DNA of 64,000 bases from NCBI GenBank assembly GCA_964304625.1, contig OZ199840.1, positions 2,654,787-2,718,786 on the forward strand, given 5' to 3'. The stretch is from Kudoa neothunni. Lineage: Eukaryota > Animalia > Cnidaria. A program made the position numbers and the translations under genes. The stretch's first letter is position 1, and every line of letters begins with the position of its first letter. The notes beneath the pieces were generated by a model that was not told the DNA's origin, made no database searches, and was given only the letters and a program-made list of their open reading frames with translations. Shown here one piece after another: positions 41,101 to 53,500 of this stretch.

Positions 41101-43593
41101 ATAAGGCCTAAATTTAATATATATATTTAATCTAATGAAGTCCTTTAAAAATAAATATAACAAAATATACGCGGACAAAAATTGTTATATTAAAAAAATT
41201 AATTTAACCAATAAAATATTATTATTATAAATTATTAAATTCAAAATAAACATAAGTAAATGTCAAAATAAAATTAGTTTCTATAACTTGGGCAAAAACG
41301 CCACATTTAATATTTACCACTAGAAGGACTTAAAAATTAAAAATTCTACATAAATTTGCCCACCTAATTTTTCTATGAATAAATCGTTGAAAGTAATTAA
41401 AACGAAAATATGAAATTTCGAGATAGATTTCTATCTTTATTCATTTTTAATCCACCTCACATGCGCGCCAATAAACAGGATATCGATTTATTATAGTTTA
41501 TTAAATTGGATTTGAGATTTAGTACGCATTATCAAGGTTTTATTACATATTAGAGCGGAATTTTGAAGAAACAGAGGCGATAAAATTTTGCTATAGAAAC
41601 ATTAAAATATGTTTGCTCTTAAAATTTAAAGGGGGATAAGATAAAAATTTTTGTCATGAAGGGTTAAATAAGAATATTAAGCATAAATTTCAAGAAAATT
41701 TAGATTCGATGAAAATAAAAATATTTTGCGATCCATTACTTGGGATCCATTCAATTAAAACAATTATTTTAAATCCAATGAATTTATATAGTAGGCAAAA
41801 GATTATATATTTGGATAAATTGAAAAAAAACAGTAAATAAAATAAAAAATACTGATAAGGCAAGATAAAATAATGTTAGGAAAATTACATTAAATAATAA
41901 AATAATATGTATTTAATAATTATTAATGTAAATATTTCAAGTGATTAAAAAATTATAAAAATATTTTACTTTTCTAATTAAAAAATATGATATTATAAAT
42001 ATTTCTACATCTAAGAATCTATAAAAAATCCACAATAATATTCTGAAAACGTATTAAAAGTTAATATTTATTAAAAAATTGTGTTGTATACCCCTCCTTT
42101 TGTTGAACACCGGGAAGAAATTGCTTCCATAATCATCGATATCATAAATTGTGCTATTACGAGAGGAACACAGAAATTGTTTAATATTATGAAATTTAAG
42201 GGTTTCAGGGTGTGTCTCTAGGATTTGGTTTTTGATATCCAAAAATTCGTGATCCTTATTATGCAATAATATTAGAAGAACCAAATGCAAACAACACCAA
42301 TCACTTCATTCAATGCTGTAATGAGGTTCAAGAGTATAACGACATTATCCACTACCTAACTCCAAAATAAGGCAGCTGAAACACGCTGAAAGAAACCTTT
42401 GACACATTTTCATCCACTCCAATTCTTTCATTGGCATATTCCTTATAAATATATGACGATAAGTCTATTGCTGATAACCCACAGAGCTTTCTATAGATAT
42501 GTTTCTATCAAAATGAATATAGAATTCAAAACAGTAGGATAACATACAATAAAATCGCGGTTGCTATTGGGAAACAACAAGAAAAAATCATCTTCGGAAA
42601 TCAGCGGGAACTTAATCAATGCCAACTTGTCTTGGTTCCATAAATGACGATTCTAAATTTTATTAATTATATACATTTTATTACGAATAATTCATGATAA
42701 TTTAATTTGAAATATATCAATAAATAAATATTGGTTGAGTTTGGTTCAAATAACTATCTGTAAAAGTAAAAATATTGTACTTTGACAATAAGTAGAGCAG
42801 CCTAAAAATATATTCATACCAAACAGTTGACAGACAAACTCAATTACAGCTTTAATATCAAGAGGCTCCTTGTTTATAAGACGATCATATTCTTCAGTGG
42901 TAAGATGACTCTTTTTGATGAGTTCTTTCCTAGTGGAGTCCTCTATCATTATTACATCTCTAATTTTAATTTCTAAAGAGAAAACAATTAGAAAACCAAT
43001 TTGTGTCAGCTTGTAGAATTACTATAGTCAAGAATCGGAATTTTTTGAAATGTATCACTAATTGATTTGGCGTTTGAAAAAATTGTATTAAATTTTCGTT
43101 GGAGATTGGTGCTTTTGATAAGATCGTTGTAGATTTTTAGATAATCATTAAATCTATATAATGTTGAGTTGTTGAAATTAGTTGACTGACCACAAGATAA
43201 CCCACCTCGAATCCGAAAAATTATAAGTATTTAAATCGGATATGTTAGCTTTCGGAGTGAGGTGGTTACAAAGAATGCTGAACAAAGTCTTGGACATACC
43301 ATTTGAAGGCATGGCCATCGGCTTCGAATAACCTAAAAGAGGAATTGGTCATACCCCACTATTCTAAATGTTGTTTATTTTACCGTCTTTCAGATGCTGT
43401 ATTGGCATACTTGGACGTAATATGATAAAAGTTAACATTAAAAACAATGGCAAAATCAGTTCTCCAAACAGTATCACCTACAAAATAATTATTGGCGAGT
43501 AATGGTGACGAATTCGGGGTTGATATAGAGAACCTTCTTGGTCAATTTCACTTTGATACATTTCCACACTAAAATCAACATACTACCACCCAT
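32161..43593 (-). CDS. ABCA-subfamily full transporter (ABCA1/2/4/7-like), paralog A; 38 exons
   Basis: Start [14 protein letters not shown]...GELILPL...PMAMPSNG...ILCN (ABCA1-type N-terminus) and LILEKE. NBD1: [43 protein letters not shown]2: [29 protein letters not shown]. Ends [15 protein letters not shown]. 37 GT-AG introns; two +1 indels must be corrected (about 33186-33189 and 32805-32808). Confidence 0.9.
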
Positions 43594-43775
43594 CGCTCGA
43601 TAACTTGTTTTATGATAGCAACTATATGTGATAATAAGATTAGATTTAACTTTATAAAAAGAAAAACCGATAAAATCCAACGTTACTTCAACAATTAATG
43701 CTATCGATTAGGCTATTTATTTTTGACCAGTTAGTGAAGTGTTTAAGTTTAGATTTGCTAAAATTTTTGTTTAAG

Positions 43776-44178
43776 ATGGCATCGCTATTGTTCGTAGTAT
43801 TGCTGTTTGTCATCCTGCAATATGTTAACCCCAATTTTTAAGGTATTTATTAGAATTAGAAAAGATTTGTTTGGACTGAGTTCGAGGAAATATATTATTT
43901 TATAGCTTGCACTTTTCAAGCTAAATCACATCCATCAGGTTAACAATTAAATATATTCCAATTAATAAAAAGTGGATTTAGTTTTATAAATATCATTAGC
44001 AATCGTGATTAATACGATCAATCTTGTTTTTTATGTTAATCTCATCTTAATATTATTGATCCTGTTTGTTTTCGTATCATTCGATCTACATAACATCTGT
44101 GTCAGTTGGCTGTTAGATAGTTTAAATTTTATCCTTTTTTATGAGTGCTTGCTTGTTAATACATTTAATGGATTTTAA
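43776..44178 (+). other. Candidate small signal-peptide gene or pseudogene, divergent from ABCA paralog A
   Basis: ATG at 43776 gives MASLLFVVLLFVILQYVNP, followed by a GT donor at 43843, a TAG acceptor at 43905, a 33-nt exon and a GT donor at 43939. As written there is an in-frame TAA at 43839-43841. Confidence 0.4.
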
Positions 44179-44705
44179 TATTTTTATAATGGGCATGGGA
44201 TTAATTAAACTCCGAAATAATTCAATGCGGATTTAATATAAATTCTTCTGTGACCAATATTTCCATATTCAAATATAATCGGTTCTATCAAATGTGTGAG
44301 CAAATACACGGGCTTATTGAGTGAGTACTTTAGGAGAATTTTTACTGGTGTGCTAGTTATGATTGATGTGCGCACACATGAATCTAACCAATGTACAAAC
44401 CCACATGGATAAAACGAGATTTTGAGACGCCGGTCTCACATAACCTCAATATACAAAGGAACCTCGCAATATCTTAAGCAAGCGAGCACTCCTGCTAGAG
44501 AGAATACTACATTATATACCAGAGGAGGTTAGACATGCCCTGGTCTGGAGCCAACTTTAAGGTTGCCCAAACTTTCAAGAGCCACTACTCATTAAAATCA
44601 TTTATATACCTCCTCCTTGTATAAAATTTACATTTTTGGTAAATAATAAAATAGAATGTTTTAGAATTATAATTAAAGCTTTTTTATTTTTTCCTATTCA
44701 TTTGA

Positions 44706-46486
44706 CCCTCTAACGATTTTTGAGTAAATTTTACTTCAAAACGATTTTGTATTGAGCATAACTTTTTGTTTCAAATATTAAATCTCACCAAATTTTCGCT
44801 ATTCCTGGAACTTATAATGATTTACTTTTACTCAGCAAATTGAGGAAAAATAATGGAAAGAAAATTTTTTATTTAAATATTATCCTTGAACATTTTTTGG
44901 GGTAATGTTCACCCCATTTTTTTATTACTTTAACGTAAAGTGTATCTTGTAAATAGTCAAATAACAAATTAATAGTTAAATCAAACGAGTAGATTTGAAG
45001 AAAACAATGAATAAAATTACTTATTATTAATTGCACAATTCTAAATGAATGGCGCGAGTGATTTCGTTGCCGAATATACCGCACTTGGAAGCAAATTTGA
45101 CGATCACGTTATTGACGAAAGTGATGTATCGGTCAAAGAAATATATCCTAGATATTAATGATAATAATTTAAAAAGTGAAGGTGGAATTATTTGAAGTCT
45201 ATCAACGTCACCTACGAGAAAAACCTGTGTCTAAAACATAATGAGTTCCATCGTCAGTGTCACTTCATGTGTTGTATCAAAAAATAAAATCAATAATTGA
45301 TTTGTTTTTGTCATTCGTTAACTCAGAAATCAGTAGTATTATCAAAAATACACCAAGATATGCTTGGAAATCACTATTTCAATGATGAGTAGCATGATAC
45401 CAATGAAATTGAATTTAAACGTTATGTAGGCCTTGTAAACTAATAGATTTTCATAAGGATAGACTAGTACCATTGATAATACCGTCGTCGACGTGCCTAC
45501 AAATTTTAAACCTCATACGATAATGCATTATAGCTTATAATGCAACCAAGGGTGGGGTTGATTATGTGGATAGAGTGTTGGCATCAATTTCTACCCAGAA
45601 GTTTAAAAGAAGGTGACCGCTTGTCGTCTTTTCTCATGATTAATATCTCGTTTATTAATGCATTTGCATTATTCGGTGAAAAATTGAATTCGGAGAAAAA
45701 ATTAAGGAGAAACTTTCTGAAAGAAATTTCTGATGAATTGTACAATTCTCCGTAAATAGAACCCCAGAAAAGTTATAAAAAGAAATTTAAATAAATATTC
45801 TGTTAGGGCTTGTTGGCGCTAATCCGTCGATTACGCCGAAACCTGCGAGGAGGAATAGAAAAACACGTTAGCACTATCGTAGATTTGGTTCAATGAGTTT
45901 TTCTAACGGCTTTAACATCTTTTATTCTAATAAAGAATCAAGTTTAAATAAAAAATCGCCGCTCTGAGGTTATTGTGAATGATATAATGGTTAGAGAAAC
46001 TCTTAATGATGTCATAATTGCTGCAAATTTTATTTCTCCACTCATGCTTCGAAATTCTTGTAAAGTGCCAAAATTAATTTTTGTGCTTATCTTTGATTTT
46101 TTCGTTAATTTTTAACTTGTCCTTTATTAGCCGATAAAGTTACTTTTTCATTTTAACACCCACGGAGAACATCGATATATCCCGACAATGCCATAATCGG
46201 GATTGGTTTGAGATTATGTGGCGAAATTAATACAATATTCCAATGATTCTACTGGTTTAAATTTAACAATATTTTGTAATACTGTAGCGTACTAACTTAA
46301 CCGGCAGCAGCCAGTTGATAATCGGATTATTTGCGCTTTGATAAAAGGGGTTTTTATTAGCGCAAAATACATATTACAAGTACCCAAGCAACTATTTTGT
46401 TTACACATGTCGGGGAAATAGAAGATTGGGATAATTTTTACCCCAAAAGTATTAAGGGGGATACATTTTTGAGGATCGTTAGAGGA
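44706..46486 (+). mobile_element. Internally deleted piggyBac element (second family)
   Basis: Ends CCCTCTAACGAT and ATCGTTAGAGGA, each flanked by TTGA; subterminal GGGATAATTTTTACCCC palindrome; YNATKGGVD and RRNFLKEISDEL remnants. Confidence 0.8.
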
Positions 46487-48049
46487 TTGATCGCTGGAAA
46501 ACTTACATTTAATATTAAAAGGTATAATTCATGATGATTTTCCCCAAAACGTAAACTAGTAGTTAATGATTCAAGAAACATCTTCTATATGAAAAAGGTT
46601 GCGAAAATTGTAAAAAATTGTTCATATTTATCGTGTACGGTATAGTCTGACAAACAATAAAATTTAATATTTACGAATAAAGTAATAACACATGTATTCA
46701 TTATTTTCGAACAACGTTTTTTGAAATCGTTTCTATTATTTCAAGTTATTAATGTTTACATATTATCGGTGAGCTGACGGTAATCTGATTTGTACGCTGT
46801 TAACGCTGTACGAATTAGTTACGTCAGGTGTTTTTTTATGAGGGATCCGCGATACTTTGATTTCACAAATTTAATCGTTGAATAAATAAACTCAAAAAAT
46901 AAGTTGTTCCAAAGATAGAAACAAGTTAGAGGCAAATTTCTTGTAGTGTTGAATTTTTAGTTTCTGGAATTAATTTCCAAAATCCTCTTGATTAGTTGGA
47001 ATTTTGAACCATTTTTAAAGCTTTAATGCGTGTTTTATTCTTTCGATATCTATCTCTTCGGTAGTGAATAAACATCAGTTCTAATTGTATTTCCTAATGA
47101 AATTAGTAATAATTCCAGTTTGCATCGAATAATAAAACTAAATGATAGTTTTTTAACCATGTTTCCTAATCAAAAATATTATCTAGTTTACGATTAAAGA
47201 GTCCATTTGATTAAATAGTTAAAACTTTGTACTTTCCCGAATTAACGCGTTGGTTGAATTAAAACAAAATTCAAATCAAAACACTTTTTTTCAAGAATCA
47301 TACCATAGAGTTCAAAGAGCCACGGTTTGGTCACCACTGTTATATATGTTTATTTTTTTATATAAGAATATTAATCGTTTGTAGGAAAATTTAAATAAAT
47401 AATATTTTGTTATTTTGAGATATCTAAACGAAACATTTTGTTCAACGAATTAACCGATAATTAATCAAAACTAAGTGTCATAATTCACACTTATTGTAGC
47501 TAAAATAAGGTATTAATATTATCATTTTAAAAAATATAAATGTAAAATATATTTATTGCTCTGAGTGTAAATAAACGTACTTTTAGAAACCCAATATGAT
47601 TATTACTTATGAACATCCTAATTTTTAAGCCATTATTGTTAAATATTCAGAGAATGCTAACTATTTGAATATTATTATAAATAAATGTTTAGAAATTTCT
47701 ATAATATTTGATAAACATATTTAAAAACGTAATTTCTAACGAAGAAAATTAATTTTATGTAAACCCAAAAATAAATGTATTCTTAATGCTGTCGGCGACA
47801 TTCGGCTCCTAACTTTAAGAAATTTTTTAAAATTAAGCATTTATTAAAGAAATGAATGAATAATCTGCACCCTAAATGAAACCATATATTAAACTAATTT
47901 TTTTCAAAATATTCCAATTGATTATAGATTAATTTTTTATTTCTGTACTTAATTTCCCTAAATTAATGGGGTGTTCGTAAATTTTTGGATTTCTGAAATC
48001 TAAGTTATACGTATAGCTAAATATGAATTAAAAGAAAAACTTTTCTCCA

Positions 48050-48790
48050 TTCCACGAGACCAGTATTAAGATTGATAAGGCCTTTGGAAAGTTTTTTATC
48101 TCGAACAAGAATTACATCTTTTGAGATGATAAAGTTTTTATTTTTTTATTATAAAAAGAAATGGATCTTTAATAATGATTATATCATCATGTCTATAATT
48201 TGTTTATAATGTGAAAATTCTTTTGCATCCATTCTTCAATAGATCAATTTTTTACACTGGCTGCGTCCGCGTGTAATTTATAAATATCTTTTATGCTTCC
48301 TTAAATCCGTAAAGACATCCATTAACTGCTGAAAAATCTTCCATTCCACGCTCTTTGGCAATAATTGTTGCTTTTTTCATTATTTCGTAACCTGGAACTG
48401 ATTTACCTTGATAATGCGTCTTAGCAAACCAGTTATATACTTGAGAATATATTTCCCAACGCACATCAGACGACATTGTTTTTGTAGTTTAATAAATATC
48501 AAAATTAAAAAGTTTTTTCTCATTTGAACATATCTTTTCCAACTGTTATTGACCTAAAAATACTCACAGGAAAATTAAAATTGAAGTAGTTATCAATTAC
48601 CACACTAAATTTCTTGAATAGTTTAACCTTTATTCCTCTAATTATCTTCCTAAATTTATACAAATATGTTATAATGATTTTGTTATTTTGTTTTTTTTCT
48701 TTCCATTTTGGAAGCATTCCAAACCAGTGACTAACTTTATAAAAACTTCGCTACAGGAATTGATTTCGCTATATCCAGGTTTGGCTCTAT
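48050..48790 (-). mobile_element. pogo/Tigger transposase relic (CENP-B HTH)
   Basis: VYNWFAKTHYQGKSVPGYEIMKKATIIAKERGMEDFSAVNGCLYGFK matches the HTH_Tnp_Tc5 pattern. Limits are approximate. Confidence 0.65.
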
Positions 48791-48869
48791 GCCTTTTTAA
48801 TTAAAAATAGCGTAAAAATGAGTGAAAAATTAGTATTTGTGTTAAATTATTTTTAGATATATTATTTAA

Positions 48870-49922
48870 CCCTCTAATGATCCCAAAAACTATGGACGTG
48901 TAATGGACTTTGGGGGAAATTTTACCCCACATTTTTTTTGAATTACAACACTTTAAAAAATCCTTTAATCTATATTGTAGAATAATTTTGAATTCCTATG
49001 GATGAAACATTGGCAAATGCATATTAAATTTTGACGTAATCCATGTGATAATTGGCTTCGTTTACGATCCGTCTTATGTCGGTACACATCGATATTTCCT
49101 TAAATAAGTAATAGCGTAAATGCAGCGGAATTAAACGTGTTGCGCCAGTCGAAATGTTAAAATAAAACATAAGAAGAATTCTTGAAAGTTATGAAAGGCT
49201 AAACCAGTTATTAAATGTGTGATATGGATGATAAAATCTAGAACAATTTTCACCTCACAATATTCACGTTACTCGCTTTACATTAAGAAGTTCCTGTTGG
49301 GAAGAATAAACGATGCCGAAACCTATTTTTATTGTTTTTTTTGTGGAATTTGTTGTCAACAATGTTTTATATAATTGTTCAGCGATTTCTTTAAACAAAT
49401 CCCGCACGTTGATTTATTGGAAACATATTATACCAACATATACTTTTCATGGGAAACAAAAATGATGCCACAATGGGCTCGATTCGGTGGTGATTGGAGA
49501 CATGGTTGTATCTCTGTTTCCCCCTAATGTCCCTACGAAGGTCAATTTTTTCAACAATTTTCATAAACAAAATTCATCAATGAAATCACTAGAATCACTA
49601 GAATCACACATCACCATATAATTTGCGCGTGTGATTTAATTAATCTATCTAAAATTTCCTTACTGTCTACAAAAACTACTCATAGGAATTTCATTATATT
49701 TAAATTAGAAATTGTTTACTTTTTTGAAATATTTTTAATCAGAAAAAACATGGGTCAAAATTAAACCCTAAATCTATTACAAGATAAAATAAAAATTAAA
49801 CCAATGAAAAAATTTTCTTAGAAGAATAACTGGAGTCCAATAGGTATGGGTTCGCTGTATAAAAAGGTATACCATTAATAAAATCGTCGTGGGGTAAAAT
49901 TTACCCCCAAACCATTAGAGGA
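48870..49922 (-). mobile_element. Non-autonomous piggyBac element related to 44706-46486
   Basis: TTAA-CCCTCTAATG...CATTAGAGGA-TTAA, with GGGGTAAAATTTACCCC-type palindromes near both ends; minus-strand RDLFKEIAEQLY remnant. Confidence 0.82.
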
Positions 49923-50537
49923 TTAATTTACGTATAGTATTTGTTTGCAGTACCATGATTTTCGAACGATTAAGAGTGAGTTTTTACTTACGATTAAAAT
50001 ATTAGAAAAAAAATCAGATCATGTTCATTATTGTTGGTCGGATAGAATGATTGATGGAGACAAACCAAAGAGAAAAATGAATATCATTATTCTTGATTAG
50101 TAACTTCGAATTCATTTTTATATAAATTTTTTTTAAATTTGGAAATGAATTCATTAATAAATTAAATTTATATTTATAATTGTAATAATTAAAAAAAATA
50201 CTTCTCGTTGTTGCAAAGTAATTGATGCGAGCGCAATTTTTACAATATATCACAAATTGTTTCTCTCCCATGTATGCCATTCAAAAAAATAGTATCTTTT
50301 TTCATATGAATTATAAGAAATACCCCAAACTAATAAACAAATATAATGTTCCTCTAATTGTATTCCGTTTTAGGTAAACATTGTTTAATTATAAATTACA
50401 AAGTATGAAATCATATTATATATAATGTACATTTAAATAAATATACGCGACAAAAAATTTTCACACTCAACAAATCCACTGACATTGAATAAGTAACATA
50501 TTTCAGTCACACTATAAACGAAAGTTTAAGGATGAAA

Positions 50538-53500
50538 CTAACGACATTTCATAAGATTGACGAACACCTAGAATAATTTAATTAAAAGAATTATTCAAAC
50601 ATTTTTTACCCTTTCCAGTTTCGTTTGGCTTACAGAATAGCTTTCAATTGAGGAATTTTGAGCTACTTCGAACAGGACTTTAAATATATCACTTAGAGCA
50701 CATTTTCCACTAGCAACAACAAAACGAATAGTATTCATGTGAGTATCCTATCAAATAATATATTCATTATATTTCTTTTTATATGAGTATTAAATATATA
50801 TATATATAGAATGAAGGTGTCGGTAGAAAATATTCAACGAAAAGATATATACCTTTAACTCAGCAAAAGGAAGTACATTGGAGAATAAGGCCACAACATT
50901 GTTTGTCTCATTGGTTCGACACTTAACCACAACTTCGTACCCAGATCCATACTTATTATTCAGGTATTGCGGGGATCCATTACAAGCGATTTCTCCTTGT
51001 ATCATAATAGAGATGCGGTCGCATAAAATCTGGCATTCGTCCATGCTAAAAAAATTCATAAAACGAAATTATTAAATATTTAATAGATCCACTTTTTTGA
51101 CCCAGATAAAATATTAAATTACTTATGAGAAATTAGAATAACACTTGTCCCATTATTGACAAGTTGTTGAATAGCTTTCCAAACTTTTCTTCGGGCATTT
51201 GGATCCATTCCAGCTGTGGGCTCATCATAGTAGATAAGCTTGGGGTTCGCAATCTCACACAATGAAACCATAAGCTTTCTTCTATTTCCGTTACTAAGAT
51301 ATTTCACGATTTGATTAGGACAACTACTCATATCATATTTTTTCATTAGATGATGACAAAGCTAAATATGTATACTATTTTCTTAATAAAATAATATAAC
51401 AAATACCTGTTTTCTAACAACTCCAGAGTATCCTACCAAACGTAAAAACAATTTAATGTGTTCCGCAGGTGTGAGAAACATGTCCAAAGCATCTTTCTGC
51501 GGACAGTACGTGAATATAACATCTCTTGAGCTATGTTAAAATTAATTTTACTGCGTAAATGAAAAAAGTTACTTTGGTTCCCAGCCTAATTCACCATATG
51601 ATATAGAACCAGCAGTTGAAGAGGTTTGACCGGTTAAAATTTTGAAGACGGTTGTTTTCCCAGCTCCATTCTCTCCCAAAAGTCCAAAACACTAAAAAAT
51701 TAAAATAATTAGCAAATATGTATATATATACATATATAATTTGTTTATTACTTCTCCTTTTTGCACTTGAAAAGATACCTTTTTAACGGCAGTTACATTG
51801 GTTTTAAAACACCTTGAGTATACCTGTACTCAATGAGAATAATTATCATTATTTTTTTTATTAAAATAGAAAAAATAAATACTTTTTTAAGATTTAAAAC
51901 TTTGAGAGCAAAATCTTGGAGATAACTAGATCTAGATTGTTGGTTCTCCCCTAAAATATCACTCACCAAATTATCATAGCTAAAATAATTACTAGATTCG
52001 CGCCTTCCTCGTAAAACTTCTGATTCACGGTTAACCTGATCGATGCGTTCCCCACAGACGGATTTTCTTCTCGTTGTCAGTATAAAATTTTCTACCAGTA
52101 TCAAAGCAATTATTTCCACGGTTCCAACAACCACGAACGAAAGCATGATTTTTCCAGTGAAGGCAAATTCAAAATTTTTGTATGTTTTTATATTTAGTAG
52201 AGCTATAAATACATTATTCCTTTTTTAAATATAATTAAAATAATTACGATATTTTTTTTTAAGATTAATGAAATAGTTATTTGATAATATTTTAATGATG
52301 GAATGAGTGAATGTGTGCTGAGGAATTAGTAGCAGCACAAAATTGATATATTCGATCTTTTCTTGATCTATCTATATTATTTAATTTAGATAAAAAAATT
52401 GACTACAATTGCAATACTTTGATAAAAAATAATATGATATTTCCAAGGAAATTCAAAATGATGTTCCATGAGTATAACATAATATACGCATAACTAGCGG
52501 AACTGAAAAACTTCGACAAACAATACATATGAGGAATAGTCGCATATCTATGTGAGAGGTAAATAAAAGATAAAAATAAAATCCATTACGCATAGAGAAT
52601 AAATAATATGGCTGTATGCAGTGAATTCCAACCAATCATTGATTCAATGCTAGTTACCTTGAACAACAACAAGGATACAGAAACGCATACCAAGAACGAG
52701 AACTAATCAATTTATTTTCATTAAATTTTTATATTAATACGGAACAGCAATTACAAGTTCGAAAAACGCATTTCCAAAGTAGTAAACCCATGTGTTCAGT
52801 CCGTATATATTGAAGAGATGGCGTAAATTCGAATGTTGGGTTTCAACCATGAACAAACAAAAGGTAGCTATAGCAAAACTCACTCCCATACTTATGTATA
52901 GTCCGCCAGACAAAAAATTTGCTATTTGTAAGCTAATAAATCAATAATTATTTATAAAAATAAATAAATATAACTAAAGTAAATTATTTACTATTAACAC
53001 ATAATTATATAAAATAATGGAATAAAAATACAATTATATATTTATATAATTGAAATAATTGCAAAATAGCATGAGACAATAACGATATGATATCCACAAC
53101 GAAGTTTTTATGAAAAAATTCATGAAACTGATCTCTAAGGTTTTTCCTAGAATTCTGCATCATTCATTGGAAAATTCCATAAACAAGGTGACATTAAAAT
53201 AAATTAAGTTATACTTTTCATTTTCTCATATATCGCGGTTTCACTACTTACTTCAATGATAAACTATTACGCTTTTTCAATTATGCTTATTTGAAGTAAT
53301 GAAATCCATATATTAAGTCAATTGTAATATTTCAAACATAAAACCAAATCATAATCATCATAATCTTCAGATTTGAATGAAAATCTCGATATTATTATTA
53401 AAAAAGATTAAAGTTTTAATAAAGTGCGCTATGTTAAATAATCGGATGAATAAATTATATAGACCGAATGAGATTGTTTCTCTTGAGTATGAATAGCATG

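Noticed and set aside
44295-44440. Solo LTR (TGTGAG...CTCACA)
   Set aside because: Only a 6-bp inverted match, with no TSD, no convincing PBS or PPT and no second copy in the window.
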